DNA of 64,000 nucleotides from Candidatus Saccharimonadaceae bacterium. Lineage in GTDB: Bacteria; Patescibacteriota; Saccharimonadia; Saccharimonadales; Saccharimonadaceae. Below the pieces are notes generated by a model, which worked only from the letters and a program-made list of their open reading frames with translations, was not told the DNA's origin and ran no database searches. This document shows positions 18,932 to 30,179 of this stretch, in pieces. Position 1 is the first letter of the stretch, and each line of letters opens with the position of its first letter. Location of the stretch: positions 32,544-96,543 of the forward strand of contig JAVBQO010000004.1 in the NCBI GenBank assembly GCA_031548885.1, in the 5' to 3' direction. The translations under genes were made by a program, and so were the position numbers.

Positions 18932-19331
18932 CCAGATTTTGCTGGCGCTGGATATTGGCGAAAAGCGTATTGGCGTGGCGTGGTGTGATACCGTGGTGCG
19001 GGTCGCGTCGCCGCTTGCGGCTATCGCGATGGATGACAATGCTGTCGCGAAAATTGTCGCAACGATGCGGAACATGAACGCCACAACAGTAGTGGTTGGA
19101 CTGCCGCGAAACCAATCTGGCGACGAAACGAAACAATCGCAGTACGCGCGAAACTTTGCGAAAAAACTGGAAAATGCCGGCGTAGCAGTCAAGTTTCAGG
19201 ACGAATCGGTCACGTCGATTATCGCCGAAAACCGTCTGCGCGAACGTGGCAAACCATATGACAAATCCGATATCGACTCCGAAGCCGCCGCCATCATATT
19301 AACAGATTATATCGAGGCAAATCATGGGTAA
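18915..19331 (+). CDS. ruvX: Holliday-junction resolvase-like nuclease RuvX/YqgF
   Basis: ILLALDIGEKRIGVA and VVVGLPRN motifs. ATG at 18918 is the likely start. Confidence 0.85.
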   Translation: MMPITDQILLALDIGEKRIGVAWCDTVVRVASPLAAIAMDDNAVAKIVATMRNMNATTVVVGLPRNQSGDETKQSQYARNFAKKLENAGVAVKFQDESVTSIIAENRLRERGKPYDKSDIDSEAAAIILTDYIEANHG

Positions 19332-20358
19332 AAATATGCGAATAAAAAACCGCAGACAAAGCGTTTGGTTGTGGATTTCGCTGGCAATTGCCGGTTTGGC
19401 GGTGCTGTTTGTTGCGGTAATTTCGCTGTGGTATTTTGGTTCGCTGGCGCCGGTCGACAAATCCGATACGACCAAGCGGCAATTTAGCGTGGAGATGGGC
19501 GCGTCGACTGAACAGATAGCGAATGATTTACGGGCGCAAGGCTTGATTCGCAACGCTAACGTGTTTGCGATTTACGCGAAACTGCACAACAAAAAAATTG
19601 AAGCCGGAACGCATCTGTTGGCGCCCAGTGAATCGACGCAGGAAATCGCTGAAAAGTTGGCAGCGGCCGAAACGGATCAGATTGCCGTGACGATTCCGCC
19701 GGGGTTGACGCTTGACGAATTGCGAAAAGTATTCCAAAGCTATGGTTTTACTGACGAGCAGATCACAGCGGCGTACGAAAAAAATTACGACAGCACAGTT
19801 TTGGCCGATCGGCCAGCTGGCGCCGATCTGGAGGGCTATATCTTTCCCGAAACCTACAATATCAATCTGGGAGATGGGCCGGATGTGGTAATCCAGAAAA
19901 GTTTGGATGAATTGGATAAGCGCTTGCAAAACGGTAATTTGATTGCGAAATTCAAACAAAACGGCTTGACGACGTACGGGGCCATCACGCTGGCGTCGAT
20001 TGTGCAAAAAGAAGTGTCCGACGCCGAAACTCAGCGAAAAGTTGCTGGCGTTTTCTACAATCGTTTGGCGGCCGAAACGTGGTTGGGATCAGATGTGACG
20101 TATATGTATGCGGCCGAAAAATCAGGCGCGGTGGCGTCGCCTAATTTGGATTCGCCGTACAACACGCGCCTATACAAAGGCCTGCCGCCCGGCCCGATCG
20201 CCAACATGAATTTCAGCGCTTTATCGGCGGTGGCGGATCCGGAAATGTCGGATTACGTGTACTTTGTGGCTGGCGATGATGGCGCGACGCATTTTTCCTT
20301 GACAGAGGATGAACACTTGCAAAATGTGGCCAAATATTGCACGACATTGTGCCAATAA
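19324..20358 (+). CDS. mltG: Endolytic murein transglycosylase MltG/YceG
   Basis: TM anchor, ITLASIVQKE and YNTRLYKGLPPGPIANMN motifs. Confidence 0.88.
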   Translation: MGKNMRIKNRRQSVWLWISLAIAGLAVLFVAVISLWYFGSLAPVDKSDTTKRQFSVEMGASTEQIANDLRAQGLIRNANVFAIYAKLHNKKIEAGTHLLAPSESTQEIAEKLAAAETDQIAVTIPPGLTLDELRKVFQSYGFTDEQITAAYEKNYDSTVLADRPAGADLEGYIFPETYNINLGDGPDVVIQKSLDELDKRLQNGNLIAKFKQNGLTTYGAITLASIVQKEVSDAETQRKVAGVFYNRLAAETWLGSDVTYMYAAEKSGAVASPNLDSPYNTRLYKGLPPGPIANMNFSALSAVADPEMSDYVYFVAGDDGATHFSLTEDEHLQNVAKYCTTLCQ

Positions 20359-20361
20359 CGA

Positions 20362-20390
20362 TTGACACGGCGATGCGCGGTTGCTATAAT
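20362..20390 (+). promoter_or_regulatory. Consensus sigma70-type promoter
   Basis: TTGACA (20362-20367), 17-nt spacer, TATAAT (20385-20390). It lies about 250 nt upstream of the LysM/CHAP gene start. Confidence 0.65.
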
Positions 20391-20643
20391 GAAAACGCTT
20401 TCTGTTGAGGGCGCGTACATCTGTATGTGCAGCGTGGGTCTTTGACACAAAGCCTGCCGTGAACTGTCGAAACGAACGTTTACTTAGGAATTAATAATAT
20501 CAATTAGCGAGCTAAGGTCGATATACGTTCTGTCCCAGATGGGAGCAAGTCACATTAACGGTAGTCGCCGATCGGCAACGTTCGGCACGGAGATAGTTAT
20601 TCGTAACTTTTCAAAATCGCCCCTGGGCGTGTCTAGAAAGCCG

Positions 20644-21762
20644 ATGAGCCGCAAACGACACTCAAAAATGAGTCGTCGCAAGCAGGTTGCAACAGTAGTA
20701 ACATACGCAGCAATTATCGCGGTCGTCGCAAGTGTTGTCTCTGTTGGCTATCGCTCGCCATCTGAGCAGCAAAATTATCCTCTCTCGAGTATTACCCCAA
20801 GCGCGTCTACGTCTGCGAATACAGCGCAGGCCGCAAACGACCCTGTTTCGGTCGACCAAATTGCCGCAACAGATCTAGCTGCTAGCGCCGCAGCAACGGC
20901 AAATCTGTCGGTCGCAAACAACGTATCAAACAAATCTGTTTCGCTAAGCATCAAAGGCGAATTAGCTCAGACCAGCGATACCGTGATTTCGCGCCAACAG
21001 ATCGCGCAACCTACGGCGTCCAGCCAGGCAATCGTGGCCTACAAAGCCGTCGAAGGCGACAGCGCTACTGTAATTGCGAAAAAGTTCGGCATCTCTGACC
21101 AAACAGTGCGCTGGGCGAACAACATGAAAACCGATGAAGTCAAGCCGGGAACCGACCTGTCGATTCCGAGCGTCGACGGCGTCGTTTACACTGTCAAAGA
21201 CGGCGACACGATCGAGGATATCGCTTCGAAATATGGTTCCGACATCAAACAGATAGTGGCGCTAAACGACCTAGAAACGTCGGGCGTCACGACTAACGAG
21301 CGCATTCTGTTGCCAAGCGGCACGTTGCCTGAAACCGAACGCCCTGGCTACGAAGCTCCAGGCGCTGCAGCGGTCATAACGCAATCGACTTCTGGATCAT
21401 CCTCGGGCGTTTTGTACGGCGGTGGCGAGGCGGTGGGCAATCGTTATGCCTACGGATATTGTACGTGGTATGCGTACAATCGTCGCGCCGAATTGGGGCG
21501 ACCAATCGGAAGCTTCTGGGGGAATGCGACGACATGGGACGCTTATGCACGGGGCGCTGGCTTCCAGGTTGATAATACGCCAGAAGTTGGCGCAATTATT
21601 CAAAACAGTGGTGGCTGGGGTGGTTATGGGCACGTGGCTATCGTCGAGTCTGTTAATAGCGACGGTTCGGTAACAATTTCAGAAATGAACGGCCCGGCCG
21701 GCTGGAACGTTGTCGGCACTCGGACCATACCAAACCCAAGCGCTTACAACTACATCCACTAA
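20644..21762 (+). CDS. LysM-LysM-CHAP peptidoglycan hydrolase
   Basis: Basic N-terminus plus TM anchor. Two LysM repeats (YKAVEGDSATVIAKKFGIS..., YTVKDGDTIEDIASKYGSD...). CHAP domain (YGYCTWYAY...GHVAIVESV). Confidence 0.85.
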   Translation: MSRKRHSKMSRRKQVATVVTYAAIIAVVASVVSVGYRSPSEQQNYPLSSITPSASTSANTAQAANDPVSVDQIAATDLAASAAATANLSVANNVSNKSVSLSIKGELAQTSDTVISRQQIAQPTASSQAIVAYKAVEGDSATVIAKKFGISDQTVRWANNMKTDEVKPGTDLSIPSVDGVVYTVKDGDTIEDIASKYGSDIKQIVALNDLETSGVTTNERILLPSGTLPETERPGYEAPGAAAVITQSTSGSSSGVLYGGGEAVGNRYAYGYCTWYAYNRRAELGRPIGSFWGNATTWDAYARGAGFQVDNTPEVGAIIQNSGGWGGYGHVAIVESVNSDGSVTISEMNGPAGWNVVGTRTIPNPSAYNYIH

Positions 21763-21804
21763 ACCAGAAAATCAGAAAGCGTCGGTAAATCCGGCGTTTT
21801 TTGA

Positions 21805-23115
<1,311 letters not shown>

Positions 23116-23136
23116 CGATTATGCTAAAATGATGGA

Positions 23137-24555
23137 GTGAAAACCACCTATTTTTTCTACGACCTCGAAACGTCCGGGCTGAATCCGCGAACCGACCGTG
23201 TTATGCAGTTCGCCGGCATTCGTACCGATATGGATTTCAACCAGATTGGCGATCCATATGATATTTTGGTCAAGCTTTCCGACGACATTTTGCCGTCGCC
23301 CGAAGCATTGATGATCACCGGAATCACGCCGCAACAAACCGTCGCTGACGGATATGGCGAGGCGGACTTTGCGAAGTTTTTGGTTAATGAAATTTTCACG
23401 CCGGGCACGATCGCGGTTGGTTACAACAACGTGCGATTCGACGACGAATTTGTGCGAAATACGCTGTGGCGCAATTTCCAGGATCCGTATGAGTGGTCGT
23501 GGCGCGACGATCGTTCGCGTTGGGACATGTTGGATGTCGTGCGGCTGGTGCGGGCTTTGCGGCCGGATGGAATTAAATGGCCGGTGGATCGCGAAGGCAA
23601 GAAAAATAATCGTCTAGAAAACCTGACGAAATTCAACAAAATCGATCATTACAAAGCTCATGATGCGTTGTCGGACGTCTATGCGTTGATCGCGGTGGCG
23701 AAATTGCTACGTGAAAAACAGCCGAAAATGTACGATTATTTGCTGCAACTTCGCGACAAAAAAGAAATCGCGAAATTGGTCAATTTGGAAAATCCGCAAC
23801 CGTTTGTGTATGCGAGCGGTCGATTCGACGCAGATTTTGGCAAAACCACGGTATGTTTGCCGATCGCGCTGGGCAAAAATCCGGGTAGCGTTTTGGTGTA
23901 CGATTTGCGAAAAAATCCGGACGATTTCGCCGATTGGACGCCGGAGCAATTTGCGAAAACTATAAATGCGAAGTGGGAAGATCGCAAAAAAGACGATTAC
24001 ATTCCAGTTCCGATCAAGGAATTGGCGTATAATCGTTGCCCGGTCGTCGCGCCGCTTGGTGTTTTGGACGAGAAATCGCAAAAACGTTTGCAATTAAATT
24101 TGGACAAAATTCAGGAAAACTTTGCGAAACTTACCAAAAACCGTGATTTGGTCGACAAATTAACGAACGCATGGGTGTCAAAACCGGATTTCGCAAAGGC
24201 TCAGGATGTGGAGGGACAACTCTACGACAGCTTCACTCCGGATGCCGACAAAACCAAAATTCGCGCCGTCGCTGCGGCTGACGTGAATGAATTGGCTGAT
24301 TTTAATCCGCAATTTACTGATGAGCGTTTGCCGGAATTGCTGTTTCGTTACAAGGCGCGAAATTTTTCGCAAAGCTTGTCCGAATCCGAACATGAAAAGT
24401 GGGAAGCGTATCGCCGCGAAAAATTGATGCGCGAATTGCCGGGGTATGTGCAGCGGTTGGCGCAGCTTTCGCAAACGACTGACGATTCTGCGAAACAGTT
24501 TGTCTTGGAAGAACTACAGTTGTGGGTGGAATCGATTATGCCGTACTCGGATTAG
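23137..24555 (+). CDS. sbcB: Exodeoxyribonuclease I
   Basis: DEDDh ExoI motif FFYDLETSGLNP, GYNNVRFDDEF and HDALSDV. GTG start 6 nt after TGcTAAAAT. Confidence 0.88.
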   Translation: MKTTYFFYDLETSGLNPRTDRVMQFAGIRTDMDFNQIGDPYDILVKLSDDILPSPEALMITGITPQQTVADGYGEADFAKFLVNEIFTPGTIAVGYNNVRFDDEFVRNTLWRNFQDPYEWSWRDDRSRWDMLDVVRLVRALRPDGIKWPVDREGKKNNRLENLTKFNKIDHYKAHDALSDVYALIAVAKLLREKQPKMYDYLLQLRDKKEIAKLVNLENPQPFVYASGRFDADFGKTTVCLPIALGKNPGSVLVYDLRKNPDDFADWTPEQFAKTINAKWEDRKKDDYIPVPIKELAYNRCPVVAPLGVLDEKSQKRLQLNLDKIQENFAKLTKNRDLVDKLTNAWVSKPDFAKAQDVEGQLYDSFTPDADKTKIRAVAAADVNELADFNPQFTDERLPELLFRYKARNFSQSLSESEHEKWEAYRREKLMRELPGYVQRLAQLSQTTDDSAKQFVLEELQLWVESIMPYSD

Positions 24556-24612
24556 TTTTTGCGAATTTCGTCGCGAAGTTCCATCCAGATTTTACCAAAT
24601 TTATTTTGGCCG

Positions 24613-25038
24613 TCACGATTTTGACCCCAGCCCCAAGTCGTCCTTTGGCGAATCTTCTACGATCTCCAAATCGCCGCTATCTAGAAGTTTGTCGCGAACA
24701 TATGGATTTTGCTCTAACTTCAATTTGACTATTTCGCGCATGATCTCAACTTTTTTCTCATCCCAATCGACGGGGGCTTTATCTGCGTTGGCTTTCGCAA
24801 TTTTATAAGCATCATGCGCGGAGCGGGCGATAAAAATTTGTTCAACTAGGTCGGGAGCGGTTTCAAAAAAATGCGAAGCCTGGTAAGCATGTTCGGATGT
24901 TGGCCATCGTCGTCCGCGATAGTCGACTTGAAATGATGCGAAATTATCAAAAACATAAAATTCTCGAGGATAAAATCCGATTACTTTGCCGGATGTTTCG
25001 AGCTGCGGATCGCGAAATTGTGAAGGATACGTTGCCAT
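24613..25038 (-). CDS. NADAR (DUF1768, YbiA-like) family protein
   Basis: [31 protein letters not shown] matches the NADAR signature. Confidence 0.8.
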   Translation of the reverse strand: MATYPSQFRDPQLETSGKVIGFYPREFYVFDNFASFQVDYRGRRWPTSEHAYQASHFFETAPDLVEQIFIARSAHDAYKIAKANADKAPVDWDEKKVEIMREIVKLKLEQNPYVRDKLLDSGDLEIVEDSPKDDLGLGSKS

Positions 25039-25121
25039 GATTTAATCTTGGCATGTGCATAATAAATTGGTGTAGCTGTACTAGAAAAATCTTGCGAAAA
25101 CTGCTATAATTGGTCAGTTTT

Positions 25122-27932
25122 ATGCCAGAGTTTATCAAAGTCACAGGTGCTCGCGAGCACAACCTGAAAAATATCAGCGTCCAGATTCCGCGCGACAAAT
25201 TGGTCGTGATTACGGGTTTGTCTGGATCGGGCAAATCTTCGCTGGCGTTTGACACGATTTACGCTGAAGGTCAGCGACGATATGTAGAATCATTATCATC
25301 GTACGCGCGGCAATTCTTGGGTTTGATGGAAAAACCCGACGTCGACCAAATCGAAGGTCTAAGCCCGGCGATTTCGATCGACCAAAAATCCGCGTCGCGA
25401 AACCCGCGCTCGACGGTTGCGACGGTGACGGAAATTTACGATTATTTGCGATTGCTGTACGCACGCATCGGTGTTCCGCATTGCCCGATTTGCAGCAAAG
25501 AGGTTCAGCGTCGCACGTCGCAGTCGATCATCGATGACATTATGCAACTCGGCGAAAAACGTCTGATGATTTTGGCGCCGTTAATCGCCGGTCGCAAAGG
25601 TGAATTCGCACACATTCCCGAACAATATATGCGCAGCGGTTTCGCTCGCGCCCGCGTCGACGGCGTGGTGTACGCGCTGGACGAATGGCCGGAATTGGAC
25701 AAAAAATATAAACATACGATTGATTTAGTCGTCGATCGCCTTGTTTTATCGCCGGAAATGTTGTCGCGCGTTTCGCAAAGTGTCGAATCGGCGCTGGAAC
25801 ACGGCGACGGCGCGGTGGAGATTGTCGACGTCGACGCGGAAACTTCGCAAATCTTTTCGCAAAATTACGCGTGCGCCGATCATCCCGACGAAGTGATTCC
25901 GGAACTCGAGCCGCGCCTGTTTTCGTTCAACGCGCCGTATGGTGCGTGCCCGACATGTACGGGGCTGGGCAATCGTCTGGAAGTCGATCCCGATCTGGTG
26001 ATGAACCCGAATTTGACGATCGCCGAGGGCGCGATTCGGCCGTATAATCGCGTGAATTCCGACGCGTGGTACATGAAAAAACTTGCGAAAGTCGGCGAAG
26101 CGCACGGTTTTGATTTGCAAACGCCAGTCAAAAATTTGACGCCGGACGATTTGGAAAAAATTATGTACGGCACTGGTTCGCAAAAATATACCGTCGATTT
26201 GGGATCGGGCCGCAGCTATGATTCGACGTATGAAGGCGTGATTCCAAATTTGGAGCGCCGTCACAAAGAAACCGACAGCGAATTCATGCGCAAAGACATC
26301 GAGCGATTTATGCGCGAACGAAAATGTACGACGTGCCACGGAACGCGACTAAAACCTGTCGTGCGTGCCGTCACAGTGCATGGTTTGTCGATTGTTGACA
26401 TCTGTAATTTGGGCGTAGATGATGCGCTGGACCTTTTCGCAAACAATTTACAATTGACCGAAAACGAGGAAATTATTGCGAAACAAATTTTCAAGGAAAT
26501 CAAGGCGCGACTGGGATTCATGAGCAATGTCGGGTTGAATTATTTGGAGCTGGGGCGCGCGGCAAATACGCTGTCGGGTGGTGAGGCGCAACGAATCCGT
26601 TTGGCGACACAAATCGGTTCGGGTTTACAGGGTGTGTTGTACGTTTTGGACGAGCCGTCGATCGGTTTGCACCAACGTGACAACGATCGTTTGATCGCGA
26701 CATTGAAGCGTTTGCGCGATTTGGGCAACACGGTTTTGGTGGTCGAACATGACGAGGATACAATCCGCGAGGCCGATTATTTGCTCGACATTGGACCGGG
26801 CGCGGGCGTGAACGGTGGCAACGTCGTGGCGGCAGGAGCGCCGGACGAAGTTTCGCAAAATCCGGATTCGATTACCGGGCGATATTTGTCGGGCGCCGAT
26901 AAAATTGATGTGCCGAAAAAGCGTCGGGCGATCAATCCAAAACGACAATTGATTATCCGCGGCGCACAGGCGAACAACTTGAAAAACATCGACGTGGCGT
27001 TCCCGCTGGGCGTCATGACGGTCGTGTCGGGCGTCAGTGGTTCGGGCAAATCGACGTTGGTGAATGATATTCTGGCGAAAGAATTGGCGGCGCGTTTGCA
27101 CCGAGCGAACGATGTGGCGGGCAAGCACGAAAACATCGAAGGCATTTCGCAATTGGACAAATGCATCACGATCGACCAAAGCCCGATCGGTCGCACGCCG
27201 CGATCGAATCCGGCGACGTACACCGGGATTTTTACGCCGATTCGCGAACTTTTCGCAAACGTGCCAGAAGCCAACATTCGTGGTTACAAAGCCGGCCGAT
27301 TTTCGTTTAACGTCAAAGGCGGCCGCTGCGAAAATTGTCAGGGTGACGGCGTCATAAAAATCGAAATGCACTTTTTGCCGGACGTGTACGTGACATGCGA
27401 AGAGTGCAAAGGCAAGCGCTACAACCGCGAGGCGCTGGAGATCAAATACAAGGACAAAACCATCAGCGATATCCTTGAAATGACCGTTGCGCAGGCCGCG
27501 GAGTTTTTCGCGAACGTGCCGGCGATCGCGCGCAAATTGGATACATTGGTTGAAGTTGGTTTGGGATATATCACGCTTGGTCAACCAGCCACGACGTTTT
27601 CGGGTGGCGAAGCGCAGCGTATCAAGCTGGCGACGGAACTTTCGCGCCGTGCGACCGGTAAAACGTTGTATATTTTGGACGAACCGACGACTGGATTACA
27701 TTCGGCCGACGTCAAACGATTGTTGCACGTGTTACAGAAATTGGTTGCGACGGGCAACTCTATGATCATTATCGAACACAATTTGGACATGGTAAAATCC
27801 GCCGATCACGTGATCGACATGGGCCCAGAAGGTGGATTGAACGGCGGTCAAGTTGTCGCCGACGGCACACCGGAACAGATTGCGAAGAATGCGAAATCGT
27901 TTACGGGCAAGTATCTGAATAACTTGCTATAA
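25122..27932 (+). CDS. uvrA: Excinuclease ABC subunit A
   Basis: Two ABC modules ([26 protein letters not shown] twice) and zinc-finger CxxC pairs. TATAAT at 25105-25110 overlaps the TTG start (25110) in the ORF track, so I prefer the ATG at 25122. Confidence 0.95.
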   Translation: MPEFIKVTGAREHNLKNISVQIPRDKLVVITGLSGSGKSSLAFDTIYAEGQRRYVESLSSYARQFLGLMEKPDVDQIEGLSPAISIDQKSASRNPRSTVATVTEIYDYLRLLYARIGVPHCPICSKEVQRRTSQSIIDDIMQLGEKRLMILAPLIAGRKGEFAHIPEQYMRSGFARARVDGVVYALDEWPELDKKYKHTIDLVVDRLVLSPEMLSRVSQSVESALEHGDGAVEIVDVDAETSQIFSQNYACADHPDEVIPELEPRLFSFNAPYGACPTCTGLGNRLEVDPDLVMNPNLTIAEGAIRPYNRVNSDAWYMKKLAKVGEAHGFDLQTPVKNLTPDDLEKIMYGTGSQKYTVDLGSGRSYDSTYEGVIPNLERRHKETDSEFMRKDIERFMRERKCTTCHGTRLKPVVRAVTVHGLSIVDICNLGVDDALDLFANNLQLTENEEIIAKQIFKEIKARLGFMSNVGLNYLELGRAANTLSGGEAQRIRLATQIGSGLQGVLYVLDEPSIGLHQRDNDRLIATLKRLRDLGNTVLVVEHDEDTIREADYLLDIGPGAGVNGGNVVAAGAPDEVSQNPDSITGRYLSGADKIDVPKKRRAINPKRQLIIRGAQANNLKNIDVAFPLGVMTVVSGVSGSGKSTLVNDILAKELAARLHRANDVAGKHENIEGISQLDKCITIDQSPIGRTPRSNPATYTGIFTPIRELFANVPEANIRGYKAGRFSFNVKGGRCENCQGDGVIKIEMHFLPDVYVTCEECKGKRYNREALEIKYKDKTISDILEMTVAQAAEFFANVPAIARKLDTLVEVGLGYITLGQPATTFSGGEAQRIKLATELSRRATGKTLYILDEPTTGLHSADVKRLLHVLQKLVATGNSMIIIEHNLDMVKSADHVIDMGPEGGLNGGQVVADGTPEQIAKNAKSFTGKYLNNLL

Positions 27933-27936
27933 GCCG

Positions 27937-27966
27937 TTGACAGACAAAATTGGAATATCGTATACT
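27937..27966 (+). promoter_or_regulatory. Sigma70-like promoter directly after uvrA
   Basis: TTGACA (27937-27942), 18-nt spacer, TATACT (27961-27966). Confidence 0.45.
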
Positions 27967-27999
27967 ATAAGTGCGCAACAGAGATGATTGCGTGAAGGT

Positions 28000-28025
28000 A
28001 AAAGAATACGTATTCTTTTTATTTT
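28000..28025 (+). terminator. Intrinsic terminator
   Basis: Perfect palindrome AAAGAATAC/GTATTCTTT (28001-18) followed by a T-run. Confidence 0.65.
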
Positions 28026-28101
28026 ACTCAAATAAAAAGAAGCAATTTTTTGCCTTGAATATGGGCTTCGGCCTCGTACTTTGGAGAGGGGGTGAATAGC
28101 C

Positions 28102-28308
28102 TTGGCACCTCGTGAAACGGACCACCTGTATATCAGCAAGCCGCACACGAGCCATAACGATCCGAGCTTGCACGTTACCACTCAGCCCATGAGTGCAAAC
28201 GGCCATGCGACGGGTTCGGCTTCGCACAGCAGCGGCATGGGCGCAATTGCGACCGGTTATGCTGCTAACAGCGATTACTACAACGACAGCTCGTCTGATG
28301 ACAGCTGA
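28102..28308 (+). CDS. Candidate small His/Ser-rich acidic protein in a high-GC island (could instead be a structured RNA)
   Basis: 68-codon TTG-start ORF preceded by GGAGAGGGGG. High GC3. A longer ORF (28024-28341) is open on the opposite strand over the same segment, so coding status is uncertain. Confidence 0.3.
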   Translation: MAPRETDHLYISKPHTSHNDPSLHVTTQPMSANGHATGSASHSSGMGAIATGYAANSDYYNDSSSDDS

Positions 28309-28342
28309 TCCATAGTTGGGTCGCACAAACCATCCCTTCAAC

Positions 28343-28379
28343 TCCTCCTCGGGACAATGTATAATTGTCCCGAGGAGGA
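28343..28379 (+). promoter_or_regulatory. 16-bp perfect hairpin that sequesters the ribosome-binding site of the downstream gene
   Basis: TCCTCCTCGGGACAAT (28343-58), loop GTATA, AATTGTCCCGAGGAGGA (28363/4-79). The right arm contains GAGGAGGA 7 nt upstream of the ATG at 28387. Confidence 0.6.
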
Positions 28380-28386
28380 CAACTTC

Positions 28387-28689
28387 ATGAAAGATACACT
28401 AGATAATGTTTTTGAAAAAAATGTTAATAACTATCAGGGTTATCTGTCCGACATTGTCGATGCCTCAAAAGGATTTTCTGTTCAGGAGTTGCGTGCTATT
28501 GTTGACGAAGCTGGCATTTCGCAAAGACGCAAAATCAACGAAAACTTTGACAAACTGGCGTTGATCGAAGCGATTTCTGACACTGATCTAGAGGAATGGC
28601 GAATTGCAATCGTGCGAAAAAAACTAAATATCAAAAATCCTAGCGACGATGTTTACAGCATCGAGCAAATGGAAGAGCTGTTCGTATAG
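28387..28689 (+). CDS. Hypothetical protein with a SAP/Rho-N-like helix-extended-helix motif
   Basis: ATG preceded by GAGGAGGA. FSVQELRAIVDEAGIS resembles SAP/Rho_N motifs. AT-rich composition. I reject the ORF-track start at 28357 because it lies inside the hairpin. Confidence 0.5.
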   Translation: MKDTLDNVFEKNVNNYQGYLSDIVDASKGFSVQELRAIVDEAGISQRRKINENFDKLALIEAISDTDLEEWRIAIVRKKLNIKNPSDDVYSIEQMEELFV

Positions 28690-29409
28690 CTACTTTTTAT
28701 TCCGCTCTTTCCGCTTTGCGAAAAACACGTCAAAATTCTGTTTGATAGCTTTTCGCGATTTCGGATCCTTCAAGATGTGGATCGCTGGCGGTGCGATCGA
28801 AATCAACAATATGATGATAATCGCTGGCAGCAGAACTTGGTCAATTCCAAGTCCGATTGACGTAAACCACGCGCCCAAAAAATATCCGGCCAACGTGATG
28901 CCGCCCGCCCACAATGCGCCGCCGACCAAGTTGTAAGCGATAAAATTTCGATAATGCATTTTGCTAATGCCGGCGACGATTGGCGCGAATGTGCGAATAA
29001 TCGGAATGAACCGCGCGATTATAATGGTTTTGCCGCCGTGCTTTTCATAAAAAGCTTCGGCTTTTCGCAAGTTGTCGACGCTAAATAACATTGATTCTTT
29101 GCGGTGAAACAGCCGCCGACCGACACGGTGTCCGAACGTGTAGCCGACCGAATCTCCGGCCACTGCCGCGACGAACAGAATAACCGCTAGCCACCAAATA
29201 TTGAATTCCAAAACGCCTTGCGAAACCAAAAATCCGGCGGTAAAAATCAACGAATCGCCCGGCAGAAAGAATCCGATTAACAAACCGCTCTCGGCGAAAA
29301 TGATCGCCGCCACCAGAATTACGCCGCCCCACTTGATCAAGCCCTCGATATCAAATCCAAATAAAGCCAACTGTTCTAATCCAAACATACGTTCCATTTT
29401 AGCACGCAC
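28690..29409 (-). CDS. DedA/VTT-domain family membrane protein
   Basis: FAESGLLIGFFLPGDSLIFTAGFL and ARFIPIIRTFAP motifs. Multi-pass. Confidence 0.85.
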   Translation of the reverse strand: MRAKMERMFGLEQLALFGFDIEGLIKWGGVILVAAIIFAESGLLIGFFLPGDSLIFTAGFLVSQGVLEFNIWWLAVILFVAAVAGDSVGYTFGHRVGRRLFHRKESMLFSVDNLRKAEAFYEKHGGKTIIIARFIPIIRTFAPIVAGISKMHYRNFIAYNLVGGALWAGGITLAGYFLGAWFTSIGLGIDQVLLPAIIIILLISIAPPAIHILKDPKSRKAIKQNFDVFFAKRKERNKK

Positions 29410-29451
29410 CGCGCCAAGTGGTATAATAGAAACAATTAATGGGAGAATTGT

Positions 29452-30120
29452 ATGAAAAGCGACCGAATTACATTAAATGTCGACAAACGCGAAGTCAGCG
29501 GTAAAAAAGTTGCGCAGTTGCGAAAACAAGGCATCGTTCCGGCTGTCGTCTACGGTGCGGATTTCGCGCCAGAATCAGTCCAGGCTGGCGCCGTTGCGAT
29601 GAACAGAGTCGTCGCCGAAGCTGGCACACACACGCCGGTGGAATTGGAAATTGGCGGCAAAAAACAAACCGCCATCATCAAAAACGTCGAAATCGACCAC
29701 GTGCGCAACCAAATCCAACACGTGTCGTTCCAGGCGGTCAGCAAAAACGAAATCATCACCACCGAGGTTCCGATTGTAATCGTTGGCGAAGATGAATCAG
29801 AAGCACAAAAAGCTGGCCTGGTAATTCTGCAGGCAATCGAAAAATTGGAAGTCAAGGCCAAACCAGGCGATTTGCCAGAGGCGCTGGAAGTTTCCGCCAA
29901 AGATTTGAAAGAGCACGGCGACAAGCTGACCGTGGCGGACTTGACGATTCCAAGCGGCGTCGAATTGCTAGAGGAAGACGAAGAATTGACCATCGCTAGC
30001 GTGTACGAGCCGAGCGCTTTGGCTGCTGCCAACGAACGGGCTGACGAAGAAGGCGAAGCCACAGCTGAGGACGCTGAAGAAGTTCCGGCTGAAAACGGCG
30101 GTGAAGAGGCGAAAGAGTAA
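29452..30120 (+). CDS. rplY: 50S ribosomal protein L25/Ctc
   Basis: LNVDKREVSGKKVAQLRKQGIVPAVVYG N-terminus and an acidic C-terminal tail. TATAAT at 29422-27 and GGGAGA Shine-Dalgarno. Confidence 0.88.
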   Translation: MKSDRITLNVDKREVSGKKVAQLRKQGIVPAVVYGADFAPESVQAGAVAMNRVVAEAGTHTPVELEIGGKKQTAIIKNVEIDHVRNQIQHVSFQAVSKNEIITTEVPIVIVGEDESEAQKAGLVILQAIEKLEVKAKPGDLPEALEVSAKDLKEHGDKLTVADLTIPSGVELLEEDEELTIASVYEPSALAAANERADEEGEATAEDAEEVPAENGGEEAKE

Positions 30121-30179
30121 TTTGCGGTGTTTTCGCAATCAAAATCCCGGCATAATACTGGGGTTCTGATTGCGAAATT

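Noticed and set aside
20539-20643. ORF-track N-terminal extension of the LysM-CHAP gene (MGASHINGSRR...).
   Set aside because: The extension has no RBS. The internal Met at 20644 begins a classic basic-then-hydrophobic signal anchor. Proteomics could overturn this.
27970-28340. Whether the GC-rich segment after uvrA is RNase P RNA, tmRNA or SRP RNA.
   Set aside because: I could not find GAGGAAAGUCC or ACAGAAxCCGGCUUA (RNase P) on either strand. The tRNA-like GGGG...UCCACCA ends with a GGUUCGAxUCC T-arm (tmRNA) are also absent, as is the GGAAGCAGCC domain IV core (SRP). I kept it as an unassigned element in the findings.
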